Shown in pieces: positions 1-9,311 of a stretch of 64,000 nucleotides of DNA. The DNA is taken from NCBI GenBank assembly GCA_963726455.1, contig CAVSCK010000003.1, positions 352,001 through 416,000 of the forward strand, read 5' to 3'. The DNA is from an uncultured bacterium. Its GTDB lineage: Bacteria > Zixibacteria > MSB-5A5 > CAIYYT01. Made by a program: the position numbers and the translations under genes. Under the pieces are notes generated by a model that was not told the DNA's origin, searched no databases, and saw only the letters and a list, made by a program, of their open reading frames with translations. Within the stretch, counting starts at the first letter, position 1. Each line of letters begins with the position of its first letter.

Positions 1-396
1 ATGCAAACCCTGAATCACAGGGAGCGAGAAGATCGTGTCGGCGATATTGGTCGGCACGAGTTCACAGCGCGATGTGACACCGTAGAGATCATCCAACAGG
101 ATATAAGCGACCGGAACTTTCTCGGTGACGTTCACGAGAAGTTTGCCGGTGTGGTCGATGCGGGCGTAAACCCGCTCGACGAAATGGTGACCGTAAACGG
201 CATTGACCACGCGCGTGAGATCGGTATTGAGCACATTCTCACCCAGCGTGACCGGAAGGTTTTCGGCCGTGATTCTGGTGCTGCCGGTGATTTCGATGTC
301 GCGGAGCGTGATGACCGGGTATTGCTTCATGGCGTAACCGGCGCCGAGCAGCAGCAGCGAAAACAGAAACAGCAATTTGGGAAGCGCACGCTTCAT
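1..396 (-). CDS. ftsQ: Cell division protein FtsQ/DivIB, N-terminal part (runs off window start)
   Basis: Not in ORF track. ATG at 396 overlaps murC stop (ATGA). Manual translation MKRALPKLLFLFSLLLLGAGYAMKQYPVITLRDIEITGS...LGENVLNTDLTRVV...VNVTEKVPVAYI: one TM then POTRA-like segment; expected position after murC. Confidence 0.8.
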   Translation of the reverse strand, partial: MKRALPKLLFLFSLLLLGAGYAMKQYPVITLRDIEITGSTRITAENLPVTLGENVLNTDLTRVVNAVYGHHFVERVYARIDHTGKLLVNVTEKVPVAYILLDDLYGVTSRCELVPTNIADTIFSLPVIQGLH

Positions 397-1766
397 TTCT
401 TCAACGCCTCCAGAATTTTGGGGGCCGTGCGATAGATGTCGCCGGCCCCGATCGTGAACACAACGTCGCCCGGCTGGGCATACTCAGCTACGGCGGCGGG
501 AATCTTTGTGACGTCTTCGATATAGCGAACATTCTTGTGTCCGAACTGGGCGGCCGCATCCGAAATCATCTGCGCAGTGACTCCGGGAATGGGTTCCTCG
601 CGGGCAGGATAGATCCTGGCGAGGATAAGCATGTCGGACATCAAGAGTGACTTGGCGAAGTCCTGATAGAAATCGCGGGTGCGACTGAACAGGTGCGGCT
701 GGAAGACGGCAATCACGCGGCTTTTGAAAGCGACTTTGGCGGCGCGCAAGGTGACGTCAATCTCGGTCGGGTGGTGCGCGTAGTCATCGTACACTTTGAT
801 GCCGTTATGTTCGCCGATCAGGTCGAAGCGGCGGTTGACGCCTCGGAAACTCTCGACGGCGCGCTTGATAGTTTCAAAGGGCATATCGAATTCGAGCGCG
901 ACAGAAATCGCCGCGAGCGCGTTCTTGACGTTGAAGATGCCGGGCAACGGCAGGCGAATGTGACCGAGACGATAGTGGTGATAATAGAGATCGAAATCAG
1001 TGGCGGTGCCGTCCGGGACAATGTTGTCAGCGCGAGTCTCGGCCTGAGCTTTCATGCCGAAGGTACGAATCGGGCGTATCAGGTCGGGAATCAAGCTGAC
1101 GACATTGGAATCGTCGAGGTTCAGATGAATCGTGCCGTAGAATGGCACCTTGTTGGCAAACTGAGTGAAGGCGGCGTTGATTTCCGCGAGGTCTTTGTAG
1201 TAGTCGAGGTGGTCTTCCTCGATCGTGGTCAGCACGGCGAGCGACGGCGTGAGACTCAGGAACGAGCGGTCGTATTCATCGGCTTCCGCAATGAGGAGGT
1301 CTCCCTCACCGAGTTTGACGGTGGTCTTGAAGGAGATGACGCGGCCGCCGACCATGACGGTGGGGTCCATACCGGCTTCGACAAAGAGATGTCCGAGAAT
1401 CGAAGTGGTTGTCGTTTTGCCGTGAGTTCCGGCGACGCCGATGCCGAATTTGAGGCGCATCAGTTCGCCCAGCATTTCGGCGCGGCGAATTACCGGAATC
1501 TTACGACGTTTGGCCTCGGTGACTTCGGGGTTGTCAGCATGCACGGCGGACGAAATCACGACGCAGTCGGCGTCATCAATGTTGACGGCGACGTGCCCCT
1601 GCATGACCTTGATGCCGATCTCTTGCAGGTGATCGGTGACTTCGGTCATTGAGAGGTCGCTGCCCGTAATGACATAACCCTGGTTGTGCAGCACTTCGGC
1701 TATGCCGCACATACCGATGCCGCCGATGCCGACGAAATGAAGCTTCTTGACTTTCCCGAATTTCAT
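393..1766 (-). CDS. murC: UDP-N-acetylmuramate--L-alanine ligase
   Basis: HFVGIGGIGMCGIA, GTHGKTTT P-loop, EADEYDRSFL, DDYAHHPTEI, FQPHLFSRT. Start set at ATG 1766 overlapping murG stop. Confidence 0.97.
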   Translation of the reverse strand: MKFGKVKKLHFVGIGGIGMCGIAEVLHNQGYVITGSDLSMTEVTDHLQEIGIKVMQGHVAVNIDDADCVVISSAVHADNPEVTEAKRRKIPVIRRAEMLGELMRLKFGIGVAGTHGKTTTTSILGHLFVEAGMDPTVMVGGRVISFKTTVKLGEGDLLIAEADEYDRSFLSLTPSLAVLTTIEEDHLDYYKDLAEINAAFTQFANKVPFYGTIHLNLDDSNVVSLIPDLIRPIRTFGMKAQAETRADNIVPDGTATDFDLYYHHYRLGHIRLPLPGIFNVKNALAAISVALEFDMPFETIKRAVESFRGVNRRFDLIGEHNGIKVYDDYAHHPTEIDVTLRAAKVAFKSRVIAVFQPHLFSRTRDFYQDFAKSLLMSDMLILARIYPAREEPIPGVTAQMISDAAAQFGHKNVRYIEDVTKIPAAVAEYAQPGDVVFTIGAGDIYRTAPKILEALKK

Positions 1767-2860
1767 CTCCACCCCATATATTCAAATATTCTTTGCACAA
1801 TTGCTTCGGCGGCATCACGCCGACCGAGTGACAGACTTGCCATTGACATCGAGGTCAGCCGGGGCTCGTCTTTAAGTAGCAGGGACACCAGACCGGCAAG
1901 GTTGAGTTCTGGAAGCTGGGAATCCTTGACGATCATGGCGGCGCCGTTTTGTTCGAGCGCCTGCGCGTTTTTCGTCTGGTGGTCGTCGGTGGCGTACGGA
2001 AACGGCACCAGGATCGCGGGTTTGCCGGTGGCGGTGATTTCGGCTAGGGTCAAGGCACCGGCGCGCGAAAGCACGAGATCGGCGGCAGCATAAGCGGCAG
2101 GCATGTCGTCAATGAACGGCAGCGCGAAGCCGGCGACACCGGAGGATTTGAAGGCGTCGATGTCGGCGGGATAATTGCCGAGCTGCCAAATGAGTTGCAG
2201 ATTCGGTATGGCTTTCAACTCGCTTAAGGACTGGCGAATCTTGCCGTTGATAGATTTGGCGCCCTGACTGCCACCAAGAATTAGAAGCGTCTTTTTCGCT
2301 GGATCGAGGTGAAAGCGAGCGATGGCATCATCGTGTTCAACGGTTCCCAGTTTCGGATTGACGGGATTGCCGGAGAGGATGCACTTATTGTGAAATTTGA
2401 TATTTCGCAGTGATTCTTTGTAGGCGATGAAGATGAGATCGGCGAAGCGCGCCAATTTCTGGGTGGCGATGCCGGCGTACGAGTTTTGTTCCTGAATGAA
2501 AGCCGGACGATTCGTGAATTTGGCGGCAAACACGGCCGGAAATGAGAGATAGCCGCCGGTACCGACGACAAAGACGGGATCGTAGCTGATGACTTTGGCG
2601 ACGGCTTCCATCATGCCGAAAAACAGAATCGGGAAGAACATGGTGTTGCCAACAAGTGTGCCCCGGCGCAGACCACGGACGTGAATACGGGAGGTGCCGT
2701 AACCGCGAGAGGTAATCAGCTTCATTTCGATATCGCGACCGGTGACGAAGAAACGGATTTCGCAGTCGTTGGGCAGGCGGCGTTTGAATTCTTCCGCCAA
2801 CGCAAATGCCGGAAAGAGATGTCCTCCGGTGCCGCCTCCTGCAAACATGATCTTCTTCAT
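1763..2860 (-). CDS. murG: Undecaprenyldiphospho-muramoylpentapeptide beta-N-acetylglucosaminyltransferase
   Basis: GGGTGGHLFPA, EQNS, GNPV, GGSQGA, SRAGALT, DDHQTKNA motifs; dcw context. Confidence 0.97.
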   Translation of the reverse strand: MKKIMFAGGGTGGHLFPAFALAEEFKRRLPNDCEIRFFVTGRDIEMKLITSRGYGTSRIHVRGLRRGTLVGNTMFFPILFFGMMEAVAKVISYDPVFVVGTGGYLSFPAVFAAKFTNRPAFIQEQNSYAGIATQKLARFADLIFIAYKESLRNIKFHNKCILSGNPVNPKLGTVEHDDAIARFHLDPAKKTLLILGGSQGAKSINGKIRQSLSELKAIPNLQLIWQLGNYPADIDAFKSSGVAGFALPFIDDMPAAYAAADLVLSRAGALTLAEITATGKPAILVPFPYATDDHQTKNAQALEQNGAAMIVKDSQLPELNLAGLVSLLLKDEPRLTSMSMASLSLGRRDAAEAIVQRIFEYMGWR

Positions 2861-3978
2861 TCCGCCCTCGACCTGAATAGCTGTGGTGTAGTGACGGCAT
2901 ACTTGCTGATGTTTAGCAGCATCCCGATGCCAATCGAGGTGAACACCATCGAGGAACCGCCGTAACTGAGGAACGGCAACGGCAGCCCGGTCGCGGGAAT
3001 CAAGGCAGTGGCTACCAGAAGATTAGTCGCAGTCTGGACGAAGATCAGCATCGTGATTCCCAGCGCGAGATAGAAGCCGAGCAGGTCGGGCGAATAGAGG
3101 GCGGTGCGAATGCCGCGCCAGACCAGCAGCGCGATCAGAATCAGAACGATCAGAGCCAATAAGAAGCCGCCTTCCTCAGCAAGCGTGGCGAAAATGAAAT
3201 CGGTGTGAGGCGCTGGAAGATAGAACAGCTTGGCGCTGCCATGACCGAGACCGCGACCGAGAAAACCGCCGGAGCCGATGGCGAGAACGGATTGCTTGAT
3301 CTGATAGCTGGCCAGCATCGGATCGGAGACGGATGCCAGGAAGGTGTCGACACGGGCGCGTTTGTAGCCGATGACAAATACCATAAGAAAGGCCACCGAA
3401 CTAATGCTGGTCAGAAACAGCGCCAGTAACCGGGCACGGACACCGGCGAGGAAGAACAAAACGAACACCACGGCAGCAAGCACGAGCACAGTGCCGAGGT
3501 TGGGTTCGAGCAAGATCAAGAGAAAGCCCACGAAGATCAGCGGACCGGCAGGCAACAGAACTGACTTGAGATTCTTGATCTTTTCTTTCTTCACCGAGAG
3601 CATCACGGAAAGGAAGATGATCAAGACATACTTGAAGATCTCCGACGGCTGGAAACTGACAAAGCCGAGACTGATCCAGCGTTTGGCGCCATTTATCTCC
3701 CGGCCAAAGAGCACCACCACGAGGAGTATCAGAGAAACGACCACCAAAGGCCAAACCAGCGGGATTAGTTTTTGATAATCGAAACGCGAAGCGAAATAGA
3801 GCGCGATGGCGCTGATTGCCAGCCAGAGGAGTTGGCGTTTGAAGAAGAAGGCGTCGCCATTATAACGCGTGTCAGCGAGCATGGCGGAGGCCGAATAGAC
3901 CATGACAGTGCCGACCAGGAGCAACAAGCCAACAATGATGATGAAAGTGCGATCAACGCTTTTGAGATGGCGTATCAT
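2857..3978 (-). CDS. ftsW: SEDS peptidoglycan glycosyltransferase FtsW
   Basis: Multi-TM; MVYSAS, GAKRWI, FQPSE, LPAPHTDFIF, LPFLSYGGSS. Confidence 0.95.
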   Translation of the reverse strand: MIRHLKSVDRTFIIIVGLLLLVGTVMVYSASAMLADTRYNGDAFFFKRQLLWLAISAIALYFASRFDYQKLIPLVWPLVVVSLILLVVVLFGREINGAKRWISLGFVSFQPSEIFKYVLIIFLSVMLSVKKEKIKNLKSVLLPAGPLIFVGFLLILLEPNLGTVLVLAAVVFVLFFLAGVRARLLALFLTSISSVAFLMVFVIGYKRARVDTFLASVSDPMLASYQIKQSVLAIGSGGFLGRGLGHGSAKLFYLPAPHTDFIFATLAEEGGFLLALIVLILIALLVWRGIRTALYSPDLLGFYLALGITMLIFVQTATNLLVATALIPATGLPLPFLSYGGSSMVFTSIGIGMLLNISKYAVTTPQLFRSRAE

Positions 3979-5357
3979 TGGCTCCCCTCCTTGCGGGCGA
4001 GATCGAGGACGGCCTGTTTGAATTTGTTGCCGCGATCTTCATAGTCGGTGAATTGATCGAAGGAAGCACAGCCGGGAGACAGCATGACAACGTCACCTGG
4101 TGCGGCGTTACGATACGAAGTCTGAATGGCGTCGACAATGTTGGCGGCTCTGACTGTATCAGTGGCGCTGCCCAGAGCGGCTTCGATCTTGTCGGAGGCT
4201 TCGCCGATCAGGACGAGCAATTTGACATGCTGCTTGACGAGCGCTGACAGAGTGGTAAAATCGCCGCCCTTGTCGCGACCTCCCATTATGACGATCAAAG
4301 GGTGCTCTTCCGACTGCAAGGCATAGAAAACGGAATCGACATTGGTGGCCTTGGAGTCGTTGATGAAATTCACACCTTTGATTTGGGCGACCGGTTCCAG
4401 ACGGTGCGCGATAGGACGGAAGGTTTCGAGACCATGAGCGACCGCATCGGCGCGTATTCCGAGGGCCATTACCATAGCGGCAGCGGCAGCGGAATTGGCG
4501 AGATTGTGCGGACCTTTGATGCCCAGCTTACCCGTCGGGCAGATCGTCCTTGATCTTCCTCCCGACGAGTAAACCAGATTTTCTGAATCGGCATAGACGC
4601 CGTTTTCGACTTGCTTCTTGATCGAGAAATGAAGGAGTTGCGGCTTGCCCCAGAAGGAAGCGCGCTCGAGAACGGGATCGTCGGCATTCAACACAAGAAA
4701 GTCGGACTCATCCTGCGAGTCGGCGATCCGGCATTTCATTTTGGCATATTCGTCAAAGCTGCCGTAACGGTCGAGATGATCGGGAGTGATATTCAGGATT
4801 GAGGCGACCTTGGGCTTGAAAGTATCGGTGGCTTCGAGCTGGAAGCTGGAAATTTCGACGACGGCAAAGTCATCCTCGGTCAGGCCCTCGATGTCAGCGG
4901 CAAACGGCGAACCGATATTGCCGGTGGCGACGGCTTTCTTGCCGGCGCTTTTGAGCAGATGCGCCACGAGTGCCGTGGTAGTGGTTTTGCCGTTGGTACC
5001 GGTAACGGCGAGGACGGTCGCTGGGCAGAGCCAGGAAGTGACTTCGACTTCAGAGAAGACGGGCAGATGGCGCAATTCGATTTCTTTCATAAAGGGCGAA
5101 GTCGGTGGCACGCCGGGCGAGACGACGATATAATCAACGTTGTCGAGCGCCTGTGACGTGTGGCCTCCGGTTTCGAAATCGATTCCGGCGATCTCCAGCA
5201 TCTGGGCCTGGGTCGCGACTTTATCGTAGGGCTTCATTTCCGTCACAAAAACCTCGGCGCCGTATTTTTGCAGGAGCACCGCAGCCGCGCTACCGGAGCG
5301 AGCCATGCCGACAATGGTAATTTTCTTTTCATTCACAAGATCCGGCCGAGTCCTCAT
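3975..5357 (-). CDS. murD: UDP-MurNAc-L-Ala--D-glutamate ligase
   Basis: GMARSG, VTGTNGKTTT, EISSFQL, PDHLDRY, NDSKATN, SPGCASFDQF. Confidence 0.97.
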   Translation of the reverse strand: MRTRPDLVNEKKITIVGMARSGSAAAVLLQKYGAEVFVTEMKPYDKVATQAQMLEIAGIDFETGGHTSQALDNVDYIVVSPGVPPTSPFMKEIELRHLPVFSEVEVTSWLCPATVLAVTGTNGKTTTTALVAHLLKSAGKKAVATGNIGSPFAADIEGLTEDDFAVVEISSFQLEATDTFKPKVASILNITPDHLDRYGSFDEYAKMKCRIADSQDESDFLVLNADDPVLERASFWGKPQLLHFSIKKQVENGVYADSENLVYSSGGRSRTICPTGKLGIKGPHNLANSAAAAAMVMALGIRADAVAHGLETFRPIAHRLEPVAQIKGVNFINDSKATNVDSVFYALQSEEHPLIVIMGGRDKGGDFTTLSALVKQHVKLLVLIGEASDKIEAALGSATDTVRAANIVDAIQTSYRNAAPGDVVMLSPGCASFDQFTDYEDRGNKFKQAVLDLARKEGSQ

Positions 5358-6442
5358 CTGACCTTAAAGGTTGACAGTGCCACCAGCGCCAGAAGAACGC
5401 CGACAATCCAGAACCGAACGACCACCTTCGATTCGTGCCAACCGAGTAATTCAAAGTGATGGTGAAGGGGAGCCATCTTAAATATCCGTGTTCCCCGCAA
5501 TTTGAAAACGGATACTTGCAGTATGACTGATAAAGCTTCAGCTACAAAGACTCCCCCTACTATCACCAATAGCATTTCCTTTTTCAACAACAGCGACAGC
5601 GCACCCAGCGCGCCACCCATTGCCAGCGCACCGGTGTCGCCCATGAAGACCTGCGCCGGATGAGTGTTATACCAGAGAAAACCAAGACCGGCGCCGATCG
5701 CCGCTGAGCAGAAGACGGTTAGCTCTCCGGCGCCGGGTAGGTAAACAATGTCGAGGTAGTTCGTAAAATCGAAGCGACCGGTAATGTAGGCCATGCCGGC
5801 AAAAGCGACCAGGCAGATCATCGACAGTCCGATGGCGAGGCCATCAAGGCCGTCGGTGAGATTAACGGCGTTCGAGAAACCGGCAACGATGATGATGACG
5901 AACGGGATATATAGATAGATCGGAAAATCGAGATAGTAATTCTTGAAGAACGGCAGATCGGTTTTGAGATCGAAAGTCGGCGTCGGCGGATAGTAGTAAA
6001 GAATCAATCCGAGGGCTATGCTGAGAACGATCTGTCCTGCGAGTTTCTTGCGTCCGACGAGGCCTTTCTTCTGGTGCTTGATCGCTTTGAGATAATCATC
6101 CATGAAGCCGATGACACCGAGCCATAGTGTTACCAGCAGGATATAGATCGTGAAGCGATTGCTCAAATCGGCCCAGAGCAAGGTCGGAATGACGATCGCG
6201 GCGAGAATAATCAGGCCTCCCATGGTGGGAGTACCGGCCTTGGATAAATGAGTCTGGGGACCCTCGGCGCGGATTTCTTCCTTCACCTGATGATTCTTCA
6301 GCATGCGAATCAGCATCGGACCGAGAATGAGACTGATAATGAGCGCCGTGATCGTGGCGCCGGCACTACGGAAAGTGATATAGCGGAACAGATTGAAATA
6401 GCTGACGTGATGGCTCAGAGGATAGAGGAGATGGTACAGCAT
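5354..6442 (-). CDS. mraY: Phospho-N-acetylmuramoyl-pentapeptide transferase
   Basis: KAGTPTMGG, MDDY, NAVNLTDGLDGLA, FMGDTG, MAPLHHHFEL. Confidence 0.97.
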   Translation of the reverse strand: MLYHLLYPLSHHVSYFNLFRYITFRSAGATITALIISLILGPMLIRMLKNHQVKEEIRAEGPQTHLSKAGTPTMGGLIILAAIVIPTLLWADLSNRFTIYILLVTLWLGVIGFMDDYLKAIKHQKKGLVGRKKLAGQIVLSIALGLILYYYPPTPTFDLKTDLPFFKNYYLDFPIYLYIPFVIIIVAGFSNAVNLTDGLDGLAIGLSMICLVAFAGMAYITGRFDFTNYLDIVYLPGAGELTVFCSAAIGAGLGFLWYNTHPAQVFMGDTGALAMGGALGALSLLLKKEMLLVIVGGVFVAEALSVILQVSVFKLRGTRIFKMAPLHHHFELLGWHESKVVVRFWIVGVLLALVALSTFKVR

Positions 6443-7839
6443 CAGTTTCTCCTCCCGAGCGTGGCCTTGAGGCCGCTGTCAATTTTTTCGAAGGCCATGG
6501 CGCGCGAGGCCTTGAGCAACAACAGGTCGCCGGGCTGCAGCATCTTTGCGAGACGGTCAACGACATCTTCCAGAGATTGCGAGACTTCGATAGTTGCCGG
6601 TTCCAGTCCATCAGCGACGGCGGCCTTGCGCATTACCTCGGCGAATTCACCGACGACGATCGTATGATCGGGGCGGCAATGCGCCAATTTGCGGCCGATC
6701 TGACTGTGATATTCTGCGGCCTTGTCACCCAGTTCGAGCATGTCGCCCAGGACGACGACACGCTTGCCGGTGATCTTCATGGCGGTGACGGTATCAAGAG
6801 CGCCAATGACCGAAACGGGATTGGCGTTGTATGCATCGTTGACAACGGTGACGCCCCGAACATCCTCGACGCCCATGCGGTTATTGTCGGGCACGAAGTT
6901 TTCGATGCGTTCGCGCACCAGCGCATATGGCACATCGAGAACGCGCGCCACGGCGAGCGTTGCGAGAACGTTGGAGACATGATGCATACCCAGGATCGGG
7001 AGCTTGATTTCGTGGCCTTTGTAAATGATGTGGGCGTGTCCGGAACCGTTGGTGAAGACTCTCTCAGGATGGACTTCGTACTCGCGCGAGGTGCCGTAAG
7101 TGATGCGATTCAGGCGATAGCGATAGGAACGCGAGCGGATATTGGGATCGTCCATGTTCAGGACGGCCCAGTCGGTTTCTTTGGCGTGATGCAGTATCTC
7201 GAATTTGGCCTCGGCAATGGCGTCGATGGACTTCATAGTCGCCAGATGCGCGGGACCGATGTTGAGAATGAGGCGAATTTCGGGATCGAATAAATCGACC
7301 AGCCGGATGATTTCGCCCGGCGTGGACATCCCGAATTCCATGACGGCGACTTCGCAGTCGTCGTCGAATTCGAAGATCGACAGTGGGACGCCGAACTGGT
7401 TGTTGAGATTGCCGCGCGTGGCGCAGGTGCGGTAACGGGCGCTGAGCACGGCGGCGATCAAGTTCTTGCTGGTGGTTTTGCCGTTGGTGCCGGTCAGGGC
7501 AATCTTGCGCGGATGAATCTGGTTGAGGTACGCGCGCGCTAACTCCTGCATTGCCCTCAGCGTGTCATCGACGGCGACGAAGGTGACGCCGGCAGGTTTG
7601 TCGAGCCCCGCAAGTTTGGTGCGGTTGACAACGATGGCTTTCGCGCCATGAGCGGCGGCATCGGCGATGAAGCTGTGCCCATCATGTTTTTCACCGGCGA
7701 TACAGAAGAAGATATTATCGCGAGTTACGACGCGGCTATCGATGGAGACCCCACGGAAAGCAGAGTCCGTTGCGGGCGCGCCGACGATGCTGTGGTCGCC
7801 AAAGGCAGCGACATATTTGTTTAGAGTGCCGGCGATCAA
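6442..7839 (-). CDS. murF: UDP-MurNAc-tripeptide--D-Ala-D-Ala ligase
   Basis: IDSR, TGTNGKTTSK, GNLNNQFGVP, NDAYNANP, GDMLELG, KASRAM. Confidence 0.96.
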   Translation of the reverse strand: MIAGTLNKYVAAFGDHSIVGAPATDSAFRGVSIDSRVVTRDNIFFCIAGEKHDGHSFIADAAAHGAKAIVVNRTKLAGLDKPAGVTFVAVDDTLRAMQELARAYLNQIHPRKIALTGTNGKTTSKNLIAAVLSARYRTCATRGNLNNQFGVPLSIFEFDDDCEVAVMEFGMSTPGEIIRLVDLFDPEIRLILNIGPAHLATMKSIDAIAEAKFEILHHAKETDWAVLNMDDPNIRSRSYRYRLNRITYGTSREYEVHPERVFTNGSGHAHIIYKGHEIKLPILGMHHVSNVLATLAVARVLDVPYALVRERIENFVPDNNRMGVEDVRGVTVVNDAYNANPVSVIGALDTVTAMKITGKRVVVLGDMLELGDKAAEYHSQIGRKLAHCRPDHTIVVGEFAEVMRKAAVADGLEPATIEVSQSLEDVVDRLAKMLQPGDLLLLKASRAMAFEKIDSGLKATLGRRN

Positions 7840-9302
7840 CGCATCTTCTCCCTGAGGTAATTCTCGATGATTTCGCGGTCATCGAAATGAATCTTGTGGG
7901 TGCCGAGAATCTGATAGTTCTCGTGGCCTTTGCCGGCGACGACCAGCAGGTCGTTTTCTTTACAGAGCGATAGCGCCAGTTCAATAGCTTTATGACGGTC
8001 GGGCTCGACGATGATCTCTTTGCGAGAATCGAGGCCGGGCTTGATGTCTTCGATGATGGCAAGCGGATCCTCAGTGCGCGGATTGTCGGAAGTAACGACG
8101 ACAACATCCGCAGCAGCGCTGGTCACCTGCCCCATCAGAGGACGCTTGGAGCGATCGCGGTCTCCCCCACAGCCGAACAGTACCAGCAGCCGACCCTTGG
8201 TCAGTTGCCGGCCGGTTTGGAGAATGTTGGTGAGCGCGTCGGGAGTGTGGGCGTAATCAACCAGCACGGTAAACGGTTGGCCGGCATCGACACGCTGGGC
8301 GCGTCCCATCACAAAGGTGCGGTCGCTAAGACCCTTGGCGATCATCCAGGGATCGAGGCCGATGGCGAGCGAACAGGCGGCGGCGCAGAGCGCGTTTTCG
8401 AGATTGAATTTGCCGACGAGTTGATAATTGACATGTTCCGAGCCGAGCGGCGTGACAAGTTTGAAACTGGAACCAGAGGCGGTCATTTCGATGTCTTCGA
8501 GACGAACCTCGGCCTTCGGATCAGAAAGCGAGAAGGTCAGGTAAGATGACTTTACGCGCGGCATCAGGTAGTCGAAGCTCTTGTCATCGCGATTGAGGAC
8601 CGCCCACTTTTCCTCGCCGGTGACCAGGTCGAGGATATGCGCTTTGGCGTCGCGGTAGTGTTCAAAATCCTTATGATAGTCGAAATGATCCTGAGTGATG
8701 TTGCTGATGGCAACGACGCGGAAATCAAGCTCCTCGACTCGCATCATTGAGAGAGCATGGGAGGAGACTTCCATAACGGCGTAGCGGAGTTGCTCGTTGT
8801 TCATGATGGTGAACAGCCGTTCGAGTTCGATCGGCCCCGGCGTTGTATTGAGCGCTTCAAACGAGTGTTTGCCGGTGAAATAGCCGAGGGTGCCGATCAC
8901 GCCAACCGGCTTGCCACGGTTTTCCAGAATTGATTTGAGCAGGAAGGTGATCGTGGTTTTGCCGTTGGTGCCGGTGACGCCGATCAGTCGGAGCTGGCGG
9001 GTCGGAAACGCATAGAAGCGCGCGGCGATTTTGGCGGCGGCGCTGCGGATGTCATTGACTACGATCTTGCAGCGAACGTCCTGGGGGAAATCACTGCCGG
9101 CGACAATGGCAGCGGCGCCCCGGGCGAGAGCGTCGGGGATATACCTGATGCCGTCGTCCTTTTCGCCGGTGATTGCCACAAAGAGATCGCCCTCGGTGAC
9201 AAGGCGGCTGTCGACCTCGATCTTTTTGACTGCAACCGAAGTGTCGCCGGTAATCGCGGCGGCATTGAGAGACTCAATAAGTTCTTTGACCGTAATCATC
9301 AT
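7836..9302 (-). CDS. murE: UDP-MurNAc-dipeptide--meso-DAP ligase
   Basis: GTNGKTT, EVSSHAL, DYAHTPDAL, FGCGGDRD, DNPR (motif associated with meso-DAP specificity), GKGHE. Confidence 0.97.
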   Translation of the reverse strand: MMITVKELIESLNAAAITGDTSVAVKKIEVDSRLVTEGDLFVAITGEKDDGIRYIPDALARGAAAIVAGSDFPQDVRCKIVVNDIRSAAAKIAARFYAFPTRQLRLIGVTGTNGKTTITFLLKSILENRGKPVGVIGTLGYFTGKHSFEALNTTPGPIELERLFTIMNNEQLRYAVMEVSSHALSMMRVEELDFRVVAISNITQDHFDYHKDFEHYRDAKAHILDLVTGEEKWAVLNRDDKSFDYLMPRVKSSYLTFSLSDPKAEVRLEDIEMTASGSSFKLVTPLGSEHVNYQLVGKFNLENALCAAACSLAIGLDPWMIAKGLSDRTFVMGRAQRVDAGQPFTVLVDYAHTPDALTNILQTGRQLTKGRLLVLFGCGGDRDRSKRPLMGQVTSAAADVVVVTSDNPRTEDPLAIIEDIKPGLDSRKEIIVEPDRHKAIELALSLCKENDLLVVAGKGHENYQILGTHKIHFDDREIIENYLREKMR

Positions 9303-9311
9303 CCTCTGCGC

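Noticed and set aside
5440-5590. AT-richer patch inside mraY
   Set aside because: Short, protein motifs are normal, and I cannot show by eye that it exceeds ordinary variation.
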